Positions 40,069-48,850 of a DNA stretch of 64,000 nt are shown here, piece after piece. Position numbers and translations under genes: made by a program. The notes under the pieces were generated by a model, which worked only from the letters and a program-made list of their open reading frames with translations, made no database searches and had not been told where the DNA came from. The first letter of the stretch is position 1. Every line of letters begins with the position of its first letter. This DNA comes from an uncultured Planctomycetota bacterium (lineage in GTDB: Bacteria > Planctomycetota > Planctomycetia > Pirellulales > Lacipirellulaceae), in NCBI GenBank assembly GCA_963719315.1, contig CAVRBU010000002.1, positions 512,001-576,000 of the forward strand, read 5' to 3'.

Positions 40069-41322
40069 CTAAACCGTAGTAGCGAGTGCTTGCGCCAGGT
40101 CGGCCACAAGATCTTCCGGATTCTCGATGCCGCAAGAGAGACGGATCATGTTGTCGGGGATGCCAAACGTGCGGCGGTCTTCTGGAGTGCACTGGTAATA
40201 ACTCATGACGAGCGGCTGTTCGATCAGCGACTCGACGCCGCCCAAGCTCGGCGCGATCCGCGGAATCCTGACGGCGTCTACGATGTCGGCCGTCGCCCGC
40301 CAGTCGGCATCCTTCACCAGGAACGTTACCAGGCCGCCGAAGCCGCGCATCGTGCGGCGGGCCACCTCGTGGTAGGCATGCGATTCGAGACCAGGATAGT
40401 ACACCTTTTCGATCCGCGGATGGGCTTCCAAAAACTCCGCCACGCGCTGGCCATTTTCATTGTGCCGCTGCATCCGTAACTCGAATGTCTTGAGACCGCG
40501 CGAGAGCAAATAGCAGTTCTGCGGGCTGTTCACTGCCCCCATAATGCCCCGCAACTTGCGAATCGGCTCCAACTTCTCGGTTGAACCGATCACGACACCA
40601 GCCAACAGGTCATTGTGCCCGGCGAGGTACTTCGTCACGGAATGCAGCACATAATCCACGCCGGCCGCGAGCGGTCGCAGGTTGTAGGGCGTCGCGAGCG
40701 TCGCGTCGATAAGCGTTTCGACGCCACGGTCACAGCCGATCTGAGCGAAGCGGTCCAGGTCCACAATGCTCAAGTGCGGGTTGGTCGGCGACTCGCTGAT
40801 CAGCAACCGCGTATTGGGAGTGATGGCGGCGTCCATCGCATCGTAGTCGCAAGCCTTGACTTGCACGGTCTTGACTCCGAACCGTGCGAGGTGCTTCGAG
40901 CAGAACTCGCGGCTGCGGTGGTAACACTCGTCGAAGAAGATAACTTCATCGCCGGCATTGAGCTTCGCCATCAAGAGCCCCACCATGGCCGACATCCCGC
41001 TCGAGAACACCACGGCCATTTCGCCGCCTTCCAGGGCTGCGAGCTTCCGCTCGGCGACGCGCTCGCCGGGGTTGCCGTAACGGCCGTACTCTTCGCGCGG
41101 TTGATCCTCTTCGATGAAATCAATAACGGCTCGTGTGTTCTCGAACGTAAACGTCGAAGCGCAGAAAATCGGGTCAGTGATCGAGTCGCCCGGCTTCTGC
41201 CGCGCTTCGCCCCCGTGAACGCTCAGCGTCGATAGTTGGGGCGGCCGCGGTTCCGCGGGTTGCTTCGGCTGCCCCGAAGACTCTTGTTTGTCTTGCCGCT
41301 TACTCATGTGGGTCGAGCTCAT
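40069..41322 (-). CDS. metB: Cys/Met metabolism PLP enzyme (cystathionine gamma-synthase/MetB family)
   Basis: YGRYGNP, AALEGG...FSSGM.A, ESPTNP, HSVTKYLAGHND, RG.KT..LR, APSLGGVESLI, IRLSCGIE; start 41307 or 41322. Confidence 0.85.
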   Translation of the reverse strand: MSSTHMSKRQDKQESSGQPKQPAEPRPPQLSTLSVHGGEARQKPGDSITDPIFCASTFTFENTRAVIDFIEEDQPREEYGRYGNPGERVAERKLAALEGGEMAVVFSSGMSAMVGLLMAKLNAGDEVIFFDECYHRSREFCSKHLARFGVKTVQVKACDYDAMDAAITPNTRLLISESPTNPHLSIVDLDRFAQIGCDRGVETLIDATLATPYNLRPLAAGVDYVLHSVTKYLAGHNDLLAGVVIGSTEKLEPIRKLRGIMGAVNSPQNCYLLSRGLKTFELRMQRHNENGQRVAEFLEAHPRIEKVYYPGLESHAYHEVARRTMRGFGGLVTFLVKDADWRATADIVDAVRIPRIAPSLGGVESLIEQPLVMSYYQCTPEDRRTFGIPDNMIRLSCGIENPEDLVADLAQALATTV

Positions 41323-41367
41323 TTCGTCAAACTCCGTCGCGGAGAAGAGTATCCATACCACGCGCGC

Positions 41368-41409
41368 AACAAAAAAGCCGCAGCGCCAAAAACTCGGCGA
41401 TTGCGACTC
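41368..41409 (-). terminator. Intrinsic terminator in the metB leader
   Basis: Minus strand GAGTCGCAATCGCCGA-GTTTT-TGGCGCTGCGGC-TTTTTTGTT: GC stem followed by a U tract, about 45 nt before the gene. Confidence 0.7.
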
Positions 41410-41475
41410 GTTGCGTCCAAACTGTGCAAAAGATCGCGCGACCGGGTATGCGGGGGAACGTCCAAGGTCGCGACG

Positions 41476-41522
41476 TCGGCTCTTTAGCAGGTTCGGCTGC
41501 AAGCGGCCACAAATCCCAAGTA
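41476..41522 (-). ncRNA. SAM-II-like riboswitch aptamer
   Basis: Minus strand CTTGG-GATTTG-TGGCC-GCTTGCAG-CCGAA-CCT-GCTAAAGAGCCG has the SAM-II landmarks GAUUU / UUGCA / GCUAAA; upstream of a Met-pathway gene. Confidence 0.6.
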
Positions 41523-41642
41523 CGCTCAATTCTACTACGCGCAGCCAATTGACACAAGCAAAGCCAGCCGGTGGCGCACGAATTGTAAGGAAAGGCTCGT
41601 TTTGTTAGGTCGGCGTGGCCAGAACCATCCGGCCGACGTACC

Positions 41643-42986
41643 ATGAACAGCGGTTTTGCTCCGTGTCCCAGAACACCTCGAAACCCTATTTCTGTGATCC
41701 GTACACTTCGCTCACGCAATAGCTCCGATCCCGGTCGTGTCGTAGCCCAATCGATTCTCGCAATCGTACTGGCGGCGGCAACGATCGTGTTTTGGTCTCG
41801 GCTCACCCCGTTCGCCACTGCCGAGGAACCCGGTTCGACGGCGAAGCCTGCCGGAAAAACTGAATTGCCGCCATCGCCAAAGGCCCCGTCGGCAGAGGAG
41901 ATTCGCAAATGGATCGCCGATCTTAGTCACGACGAGTACGCTGAACGACACAAGGCAGCGGAGCTGCTGTTGGCGACAGGCATGGCTGCCCGACAACCGT
42001 TGTTGGAAATTGCAGAAGGCACCGACCCGGAGGCTCGTGCCGCCGCGCGTCGACTGGTCGCCCTCATCGATCGGAGCGAATTTCATCGCCGCCTCGAAGC
42101 GTTTGCGGCCGATACGGAAGGGCAAATGGGCCTCACGCTGCCCGGCTGGGAACAATATCAGAAGCTTGTCGGTAGCGATCCGGCCGACCGGGCGCTGTTC
42201 GTCGAAATGCAACGGCAAGAAGGCTCGCTCCTCTCGGCGGTGTTCGGCATCTCCAAGCGTGCGCCGGAAGAGTTGTGGGAAGCACGACTGCGGCAGATCG
42301 CGCAATGGCCGATGACCGTACCCGATCGCAGTTCCACACCTCCCATAGGAAGTTGCGCGGCGATCTTGTTTCTCGGCTCAGTCGAGGAAATTAACGTCTC
42401 CGATTCGGCACTCAGTAGCATCGAGGCTTTGATCCAGCGCTCTCCAGTTCGCGAATCAATGCAACAAGACAATTCTCACGAGGCATTTCGCAAGCTACTT
42501 GCCGGCTGGGTGCTTCACTGTCCCAACAAAAGCGACGTTGCCCTCCGCACCCGATTGCAACTTATCGCGGCGGCCAATCTCGAGAAAGCGCTGCCGCTAG
42601 CACAGGCCGTCGCCGGCGGCGATCCGAAATACGCCCGTGTGCAGCCAGGATTGAAGGCGCTGGCCGCTTTGGACGTGGGCCAGTTCGGCAAGAGCGAGGA
42701 TGTCGATCGGCTGGAACCTTTGCTGGAGGACTCGACCATCTGCCTGCAAGTGCCAGGGCAAGCCCCGGGACAACCCCCGAACAGCGTACAAGTCCGCGAC
42801 GTTGCACTGTTCGTCATGCTGCACCTTACCGATCAATCGCCGGCCGATTATGGGTATGCAGTCGCTCGACTTCAACCGCCCCGGGCCTTTGATATGCAGG
42901 CCCTGTACCGCAACAGCGATCAGCAACGCGTCGAGTCAATCGCCAAATGGCGCGCCTGGCGAGCCGCCCACAAAAACGATAGATAA
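41643..42986 (+). CDS. Exported HEAT-repeat-like hypothetical protein
   Basis: Hydrophobic N-terminal segment, L....Y..R..A..L......L......DPE.R..A motif, QVRDVAL...L.LT. Confidence 0.75.
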   Translation: MNSGFAPCPRTPRNPISVIRTLRSRNSSDPGRVVAQSILAIVLAAATIVFWSRLTPFATAEEPGSTAKPAGKTELPPSPKAPSAEEIRKWIADLSHDEYAERHKAAELLLATGMAARQPLLEIAEGTDPEARAAARRLVALIDRSEFHRRLEAFAADTEGQMGLTLPGWEQYQKLVGSDPADRALFVEMQRQEGSLLSAVFGISKRAPEELWEARLRQIAQWPMTVPDRSSTPPIGSCAAILFLGSVEEINVSDSALSSIEALIQRSPVRESMQQDNSHEAFRKLLAGWVLHCPNKSDVALRTRLQLIAAANLEKALPLAQAVAGGDPKYARVQPGLKALAALDVGQFGKSEDVDRLEPLLEDSTICLQVPGQAPGQPPNSVQVRDVALFVMLHLTDQSPADYGYAVARLQPPRAFDMQALYRNSDQQRVESIAKWRAWRAAHKNDR

Positions 42987-43219
42987 TCGGCCCGGTGTAG
43001 GCGTCTCACCCGACTCGGCAATTGTGTCGGGTTTGATGATAATCGGCGGTTCTTTCGACTTCCGACGGGGTTTAGATAGTGTCAGTGCCGGTCCTGACCG
43101 GACCTCATCTGTGGTTTTGGCCCTTTCTTGTTGATACTATGGAAGTGCCCGGATTCATCGCTTGCCCCGTCCGCTAGTTGGACGGCTGCCGGCCGCGGAT
43201 CTCATCGGAGGTCGTTTGT

Positions 43220-46200
43220 ATGTCCTTTGTGCACCGTACTTTATATCTGAACGCACGTTCGATCGCGGTGGCTCTAAGTTTGCTGCTGACGGGTATCCAT
43301 GGGACCATCGCCGGCGGTCAGGAAACGACGGCCAAGACAGCACCTGCCGCGGTCTCTAACGAATCCAAGCCCGCTGCCGTCCTTCCGGCTGAAGCGAAAT
43401 CCACAACTGCTCCGGCGGAAGCCAAGTCCGCCGATCCCCAGTCCGCGTTCTCAAAGTCCAGAACTGCAACTCCGGCTGAAGCGAAGCCGGCAACACTACC
43501 CTCCACAAACGAAAAACCATCGACCACCGCACCCCCGGCACATTCGAAGCCTGCCACGGCGGCTCCGGCCACGCCGCTGAAAGATGTCCGGCTGACTTTC
43601 AGTTTTCGTTACCAGCCGTGGCAGGACGTACTGGATTGGTTCGCCGACCAAGCCGGCCTGTCGCTGCTGATGGAAACGCCTCCGCCCGGCACATTCAACT
43701 ACGCCGATTCGCGAACGTATTCACTGCCCGAAGCCCTCGACGTTCTCAACGGAGTGCTGCTGACGAAGGGCTACACGTTAGTTCGCCACGGCCGGATGCT
43801 CGTCGTCGTGAATCTCGAAGATGGAGTGCCGCCAAACCTCGTGCCGGATGTGCCATTGGCGGAACTCGATTCGCGCGGCGAATACGAACTCATCCGCGTC
43901 CTTTTCCCCGTTTGGAATATGACGCCCGACCTGGCGGCCGCCGAAGTGCAGCCGCTGCTTGGCCCGCAGGGCAAAGTCATCACGCTGCCGCAGGCTCGGC
44001 AAATCCAAGTGACGGAAACCGGCGGCCGCTTGCGCACGATTCGTTCGATCATCAATGCCGTCGAACAGCCCGAATTGAGCAAGGCCGGCCTGCGCGAGTT
44101 CTCGTTCAAGTACCTGACATTTGAGTCGGCGATGCCGACGATTCGCCAAATGTTGGGCATCCCGGCCGAAGCGTTCAGCACGCCGGATGGCACCGTGCAA
44201 ATCACCAAGAGCGCGACCGGCGACAAATTGCTCTTCCGCGGCTCCGCCCAACTGGCAGCCCGGTTGGAAGAAATCCTGCGACTGATCGACGTGCCCGAGG
44301 CCGCGCGGGGCGTTAACGGCGCGCCGCAGCTAGAAGTGTATTCGATCACGACGGCCGACCCCGAGGCAGTCATCAAAGTGCTGCAGACGATGCTTCACAG
44401 CGACCCTAACGTCTTGCTCACTGCCGACAAGGATGCGGGCCACGTCGTCGCGTTCGCCACGCCGCCGCAACAGGCGACGATCCGAGCGACCATCGATCAA
44501 ATGCAGAAGGAAGCCAAACAGGTCGATGTCATCAATTTGTCCAACGTCGATCCACAAACTGCCGTGCTGGCGATCAACAAACTGTTCGGCGGCTCGGGCG
44601 AAAAACCGGACCCCAAGGCGCCGCTGGTCGATGCCGATCTTACTACACGAAGCTTGATGGTCCGCGGCACCACCGGCCAGGTGGAGCAAATTCGCGATTT
44701 GCTCCGCAAGCTGGGGGAAACGGAAGACGAAAGCGGCAGCGCCAGTGCAAAACAACACGTGCGTCTCCTCCCGCTTTCAGGCGCCGCGGCCCGCTCGGCG
44801 ATTAGCCAGATCGAGCAGATTTGGCCAACCATGCGGCAGAACCGCATTCGCATCGTGACGCCGGCATCCACGATTCCCAGCTATCGGCCCAGCGAAGTGC
44901 CCGGCAATCCAACTGCTCCAAACGCGGGGCCACCTGCTGCCGTTGCGCCAACTTTTTCTCCGCCAGCGGCCGCTCCGGCTGAAATCGACGACCCCTCCGC
45001 TCGTATGCGCGACCTATTCCAGACGCTGCTGAGAAATCGCGAAGCCCCGGCGCCAGCCGCTGCGCCGACGACACCCGCCCCCGATGGCGCGAAGGTCGAT
45101 CAGCACGAAGATCGCGCCGCCGCGACGAATCCGGCTGGTGTTTTTCGGTTCGTTGCCGATGGCATCACCACCACGGCCGCGCAGCCCGAGCCGGCATTGA
45201 AGAAACCTGCCCAGCCTCCCCCCGCGACTGCGCCCACGCATTCAACTCCCGGAGCGCCGGTGATCGTCGCGCCCGGTCCAGGCGGGACGCTCATCGCATC
45301 GGATGACCTGGAAGCACTCGATGAGCTCGAGAACTTGCTCTCCACCGTCGCCGGCCATAACGCGGCATCTGGGCGCGAATTTGCCGTGTATTACCTGAAA
45401 TACTCCAAAGCCGCTACGATCGCCGACGTGCTGTCTGCCATCTTTGGCGGCTCGTCCGGCGGCAAGGACCGCGGCCTCATTGGCGATTTGGCCAGCAACG
45501 CCCTGGGCGACGTCGGCGGCGGCCTCATGGGCGATCTGCTTCTGGGAGGCGGGGGCGGTGGAAGTTTCGCCTCGGGCAGCGTCGATATCGTGCCCGATGC
45601 CCGGCTCAATGCCCTCATCGTTCACGCCAAGGCGGCCGACTTGGACACCGTCGAACAACTGCTCAAAGTGCTCGATCAGCGCAGCGGGCCGGAGAACGTC
45701 GAAGCCGAGGCCCAGGCCCGCCCCATCCCGGTCATCAACACCCAGGCCAGCGATATCGCTCAAATCGTGCAGCAAGTTTATCAGGATCGGATGGCCGGTC
45801 CCGGCGCGGTGATGAGCCCGCAAGAAATGATGAAGATGATCAAAGGCGGCAACAACATCGAACAACAGGTCCAGAAAATGTCGATCGCCGTCGACACGCG
45901 GAACAATATGCTCATCGTCCGTGCCCCCGATGCTTTGTTCGAGGAAGTGAAGGCGCTCGTGACCGACCTCGACCATGCGGTGGGCGATTCGCCCGAAATC
46001 ACGCGCGTCGTATCGCTCAAGCATACGAACTCGTCCGCAGTGCAAAAGGCGCTAACCTCAATTCTCGAGAATGTGAAGACCAATACGACCGCGACCCAGT
46101 CAGCGCAGACGGCGAGCAGCAATAACAAGGGCAACGAAGAGGATTCGCCGGAAGAACGCATGCGACGGGCGATGCGCCGCAACTGGGAAATGATGCAAGA

Positions 46201-46336
46201 GATGCGGCAAGCCCAGGAGCGCGCCAGCGGCGGGGATCGCGGCGGTGACCGAAGCCGATTCTTCGGCCGCGGCGGGCGCGGCGACCGAGGCGGCGGTGGA
46301 GACCGAGGTGGAGGCGATCGCGGCGGACGCAATTAG
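43220..46336 (+). CDS. Secretin N-terminal (NolW-like) repeat protein without a recognisable secretin barrel
   Basis: GGAGG RBS before ATG 43220; FSF..QPW.DVL.W, repeated Y.LKY..A..IA..L / VPD.R.NAL.V......I..L+..LD units; RGG-rich tail. Confidence 0.8.
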   Translation: MSFVHRTLYLNARSIAVALSLLLTGIHGTIAGGQETTAKTAPAAVSNESKPAAVLPAEAKSTTAPAEAKSADPQSAFSKSRTATPAEAKPATLPSTNEKPSTTAPPAHSKPATAAPATPLKDVRLTFSFRYQPWQDVLDWFADQAGLSLLMETPPPGTFNYADSRTYSLPEALDVLNGVLLTKGYTLVRHGRMLVVVNLEDGVPPNLVPDVPLAELDSRGEYELIRVLFPVWNMTPDLAAAEVQPLLGPQGKVITLPQARQIQVTETGGRLRTIRSIINAVEQPELSKAGLREFSFKYLTFESAMPTIRQMLGIPAEAFSTPDGTVQITKSATGDKLLFRGSAQLAARLEEILRLIDVPEAARGVNGAPQLEVYSITTADPEAVIKVLQTMLHSDPNVLLTADKDAGHVVAFATPPQQATIRATIDQMQKEAKQVDVINLSNVDPQTAVLAINKLFGGSGEKPDPKAPLVDADLTTRSLMVRGTTGQVEQIRDLLRKLGETEDESGSASAKQHVRLLPLSGAAARSAISQIEQIWPTMRQNRIRIVTPASTIPSYRPSEVPGNPTAPNAGPPAAVAPTFSPPAAAPAEIDDPSARMRDLFQTLLRNREAPAPAAAPTTPAPDGAKVDQHEDRAAATNPAGVFRFVADGITTTAAQPEPALKKPAQPPPATAPTHSTPGAPVIVAPGPGGTLIASDDLEALDELENLLSTVAGHNAASGREFAVYYLKYSKAATIADVLSAIFGGSSGGKDRGLIGDLASNALGDVGGGLMGDLLLGGGGGGSFASGSVDIVPDARLNALIVHAKAADLDTVEQLLKVLDQRSGPENVEAEAQARPIPVINTQASDIAQIVQQVYQDRMAGPGAVMSPQEMMKMIKGGNNIEQQVQKMSIAVDTRNNMLIVRAPDALFEEVKALVTDLDHAVGDSPEITRVVSLKHTNSSAVQKALTSILENVKTNTTATQSAQTASSNNKGNEEDSPEERMRRAMRRNWEMMQEMRQAQERASGGDRGGDRSRFFGRGGRGDRGGGGDRGGGDRGGRN

Positions 46337-46350
46337 GCTTTGTCTTGAAA

Positions 46351-46435
46351 GTAGGTCCCGCTTGCCGAGCGGGACCTTGGCGTCGACGCAGGGTGCAATG
46401 ATTGGCAGAGGTCCCTTCCGGCAGAAGGGACCTAC
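46351..46435. repeat. REP-like doublet GTAGGTCCC...GGGACCTAC
   Basis: gtaggtcccgcttgccgagcgggacct ... aggtcccttccggcagaagggacctac. Confidence 0.85.
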
Positions 46436-46452
46436 AGGGACTCCCCATGCGA

Positions 46453-47271
46453 TCAACCGCCGGAGGCGGTTGGCTTCGCGGCAGCTTCTTTCGCCGTGAT
46501 GATTCCATCGTCGTTCAGGTCGTAGCGGCGGAATTCGCTCACCACGCTTTTAGTCCAAGTGTGGCTGTACTCGCTCATCGAGATTTGGCCGTCGCCGTTG
46601 GTGTCGCGGGAGAAAAAGCTCGGCAGTCCTTTCGGCTGCCGATCGGCTGCCGTTGAAAAGCGATACGAGTGGCGCTTGTCGCCCTCTTTCGTAGTGGACG
46701 CCAGGCCGCCGGCCGAGCCGATATACACGCGCTTCGGGGCGCCCGAATCGGTGCCGCTGTTGGAACTCGCACTTTTTCCGCCCGAAGATTTCATGGACGC
46801 CGTTGAAGTTGTTGCCGCCGGCGCGTTCGATGACAGTTTTGCGACCAGTTCTTCGACCGTAATCACACCATCGTTGTTGGCGTCCGCTTCCGCGGCCCGG
46901 CCATGAAGATCCTTCTTTTCATCTCCATCGAGCCACTTGTTGCCGTTTTTGTCGTGTTCTTTTACAAAATCCTTGGCCCACTTCTCCGTGCTGGCACTCG
47001 CCGAGCTGTCCGCGGGCTTTGATTCGCTCGAACTCTTCGACGATGCACTTGAAGTTGGCGTGGTTTGTGATGACTTATTCCCCGCGTCGCCCTGCGAGTT
47101 GGAACTACTCGCATGATCGCCATCGCGCGATCGGTCGCGCCAATCGCGTCGCGAACTGCGGCCGTAACCTTGGGCCTCGGCCGATCGTGCGCCGACCAAG
47201 GGGCCGTCGACGACGGGGACCATGAGTAATGCCGTGCTCGCCAAAACCAGCAGGCGAAGGTGCGTGTTCAT
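46453..47271 (-). CDS. Secreted EF-hand protein
   Basis: Signal peptide; DKNGNKWLDGDE, DANNDGVITVEE, DTNGDGQISMSE, DLNDDGIITAKE. Confidence 0.9.
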   Translation of the reverse strand: MNTHLRLLVLASTALLMVPVVDGPLVGARSAEAQGYGRSSRRDWRDRSRDGDHASSSNSQGDAGNKSSQTTPTSSASSKSSSESKPADSSASASTEKWAKDFVKEHDKNGNKWLDGDEKKDLHGRAAEADANNDGVITVEELVAKLSSNAPAATTSTASMKSSGGKSASSNSGTDSGAPKRVYIGSAGGLASTTKEGDKRHSYRFSTAADRQPKGLPSFFSRDTNGDGQISMSEYSHTWTKSVVSEFRRYDLNDDGIITAKEAAAKPTASGG

Positions 47272-47401
47272 GGGTAATATAACCCCGCTGTCGGCCGTGA
47301 GTTCCGTCTAGCGACAATACCGCGTATTCTGGACCATTATACACACTTTCTGCTACCCCTGGGCGGGGCGGCGGGTGATAGCAAGAATGGCCATGTTCGC
47401 C

Positions 47402-47547
47402 GCGGGTCTCCCGACCCCGCCGAAAGAGCCGACCGCAGGTCCATCAAAAGTGCGGGGTCGGGAGACCCGCCCACAACCGAGTAGCTGAAGTCGCAAGGCT
47501 TCAGAGTCACCCCGAAAAATATCGGAATTTTTGCGAATTCCGCGACG
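47402..47547. repeat. Two adjacent REP-like elements upstream of cinA
   Basis: Perfect 19-bp IR gcgggtctcccgaccccgc (47402-47420 / 47452-47470), then a GTAGCTGAAGTCGCAAG-family copy at 47481-47547. Confidence 0.85.
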
Positions 47548-47548
47548 T

Positions 47549-48823
47549 ATGCCCGCTGAAATCATTGCTATTGGCGACGAGCTGACCAGTGGCCAGCGGC
47601 TGGACACCAACAGCCAATGGCTCAGCGAACGGCTGAATGAGTTGGGAATCCCGGTCCTCTTCCACACCACCGTGGGCGACGACCTGGCCGCCAACATCGC
47701 CGTCTTTCGCACGGCGATCGAGCGGGCCGACGTCGTCATCGCCACCGGTGGCCTGGGACCAACGGCCGACGATTTGACGCGGGAAGCACTCGCCGCGGCC
47801 GCTGGCCTTGAATTGGTGGAGGACGCCGCCGCGCTCGCCCACATCCGCAGCCTCTTTGCCCGGCGCAAGCGCGAGATGCCGGAGCGCAATAGACTCCAGG
47901 CCCAGTTCCCTCGCGGCAGCCGCGTCGTGCCGAATCCGGACGGGACGGCGCCGGGCATCGACCTCACCGTGCTGCGCTCTTGCGGCCCGCCCTGCCGCGT
48001 GTTCTCGCTGCCGGGTGTGCCGGCAGAAATGTTCGCGATGTGGAAGGAAACGGTCGGGCCGGCTTTGGTCGCGGCTCAAGGGTCGCGGCGCGTCATCTGC
48101 CAAAGACGCATCAAATGCTTTGGCGTGGGCGAAAGCGACCTAGAGGCGATGCTCCCCGACATGATCCGCCGCAAGCGCGAGCCGCTCGTGGGCATCACGG
48201 TGCACGGGGCAACCATCACGCTGCGGATCACGGCCAGCGGGCCGAATGAAACGGCGTGTCGGCGGACGATGGAACCGACCGTCGCCCAGATTCGTGAGTT
48301 GCTGGGCGTGCTCGTGTTCGGCGAAGAGGACGATGAGTTGGAACACGCCGTCGTGCGGTTGATGCACGAGCGGCGGCGATCGCTTGCCGTCGCGGAATGG
48401 GCGACGCATGGATTGGTATCGCAGTGGCTGGCAGAAGCGGCCGACGGCGGCGATTCCTTTCGCGGCGGCATCGTCGTGCGCGATGCGGCGATGCTCCAAT
48501 CGCTGCTCAATATCGACGTGCCGCCAAGCGCGGCTGCCACCGCGGAAACTGCCACGGCGATGGCACGTGCCGTGCGACACTCAACTGGCGCCGACTTCGG
48601 GCTGGGCATAGCGGCGTTTCCGAAAGGCGGGCCAGCCGTGCCGACTGCTGCCACGTCGGCCGGCATCGACATGGGCGGCACGTTGCACGTGGCCCTCGCG
48701 ACAGGCGACAATGTACGAATGAAGGCTTTTCCAATCGCCAGCCATCCGTCCATCACCAAGACCCGCTCCGCGAAGCAAGCGCTGAACCTGCTGCGATTGT
48801 CGCTGCTAAACCGCGAAGCGTAG
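47549..48823 (+). CDS. cinA: CinA-like protein (COG1058 domain plus degenerate PncC domain)
   Basis: IIAIGDEL..G..LDTNS..L, GGLGPT.DDLT, NP.GTAPG, LPGVP.EM, FGVGES; directly upstream of nadE. Confidence 0.85.
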   Translation: MPAEIIAIGDELTSGQRLDTNSQWLSERLNELGIPVLFHTTVGDDLAANIAVFRTAIERADVVIATGGLGPTADDLTREALAAAAGLELVEDAAALAHIRSLFARRKREMPERNRLQAQFPRGSRVVPNPDGTAPGIDLTVLRSCGPPCRVFSLPGVPAEMFAMWKETVGPALVAAQGSRRVICQRRIKCFGVGESDLEAMLPDMIRRKREPLVGITVHGATITLRITASGPNETACRRTMEPTVAQIRELLGVLVFGEEDDELEHAVVRLMHERRRSLAVAEWATHGLVSQWLAEAADGGDSFRGGIVVRDAAMLQSLLNIDVPPSAAATAETATAMARAVRHSTGADFGLGIAAFPKGGPAVPTAATSAGIDMGGTLHVALATGDNVRMKAFPIASHPSITKTRSAKQALNLLRLSLLNREA

Positions 48824-48850
48824 TTCTCGGCCGCACGAAGGATTTTTGAA

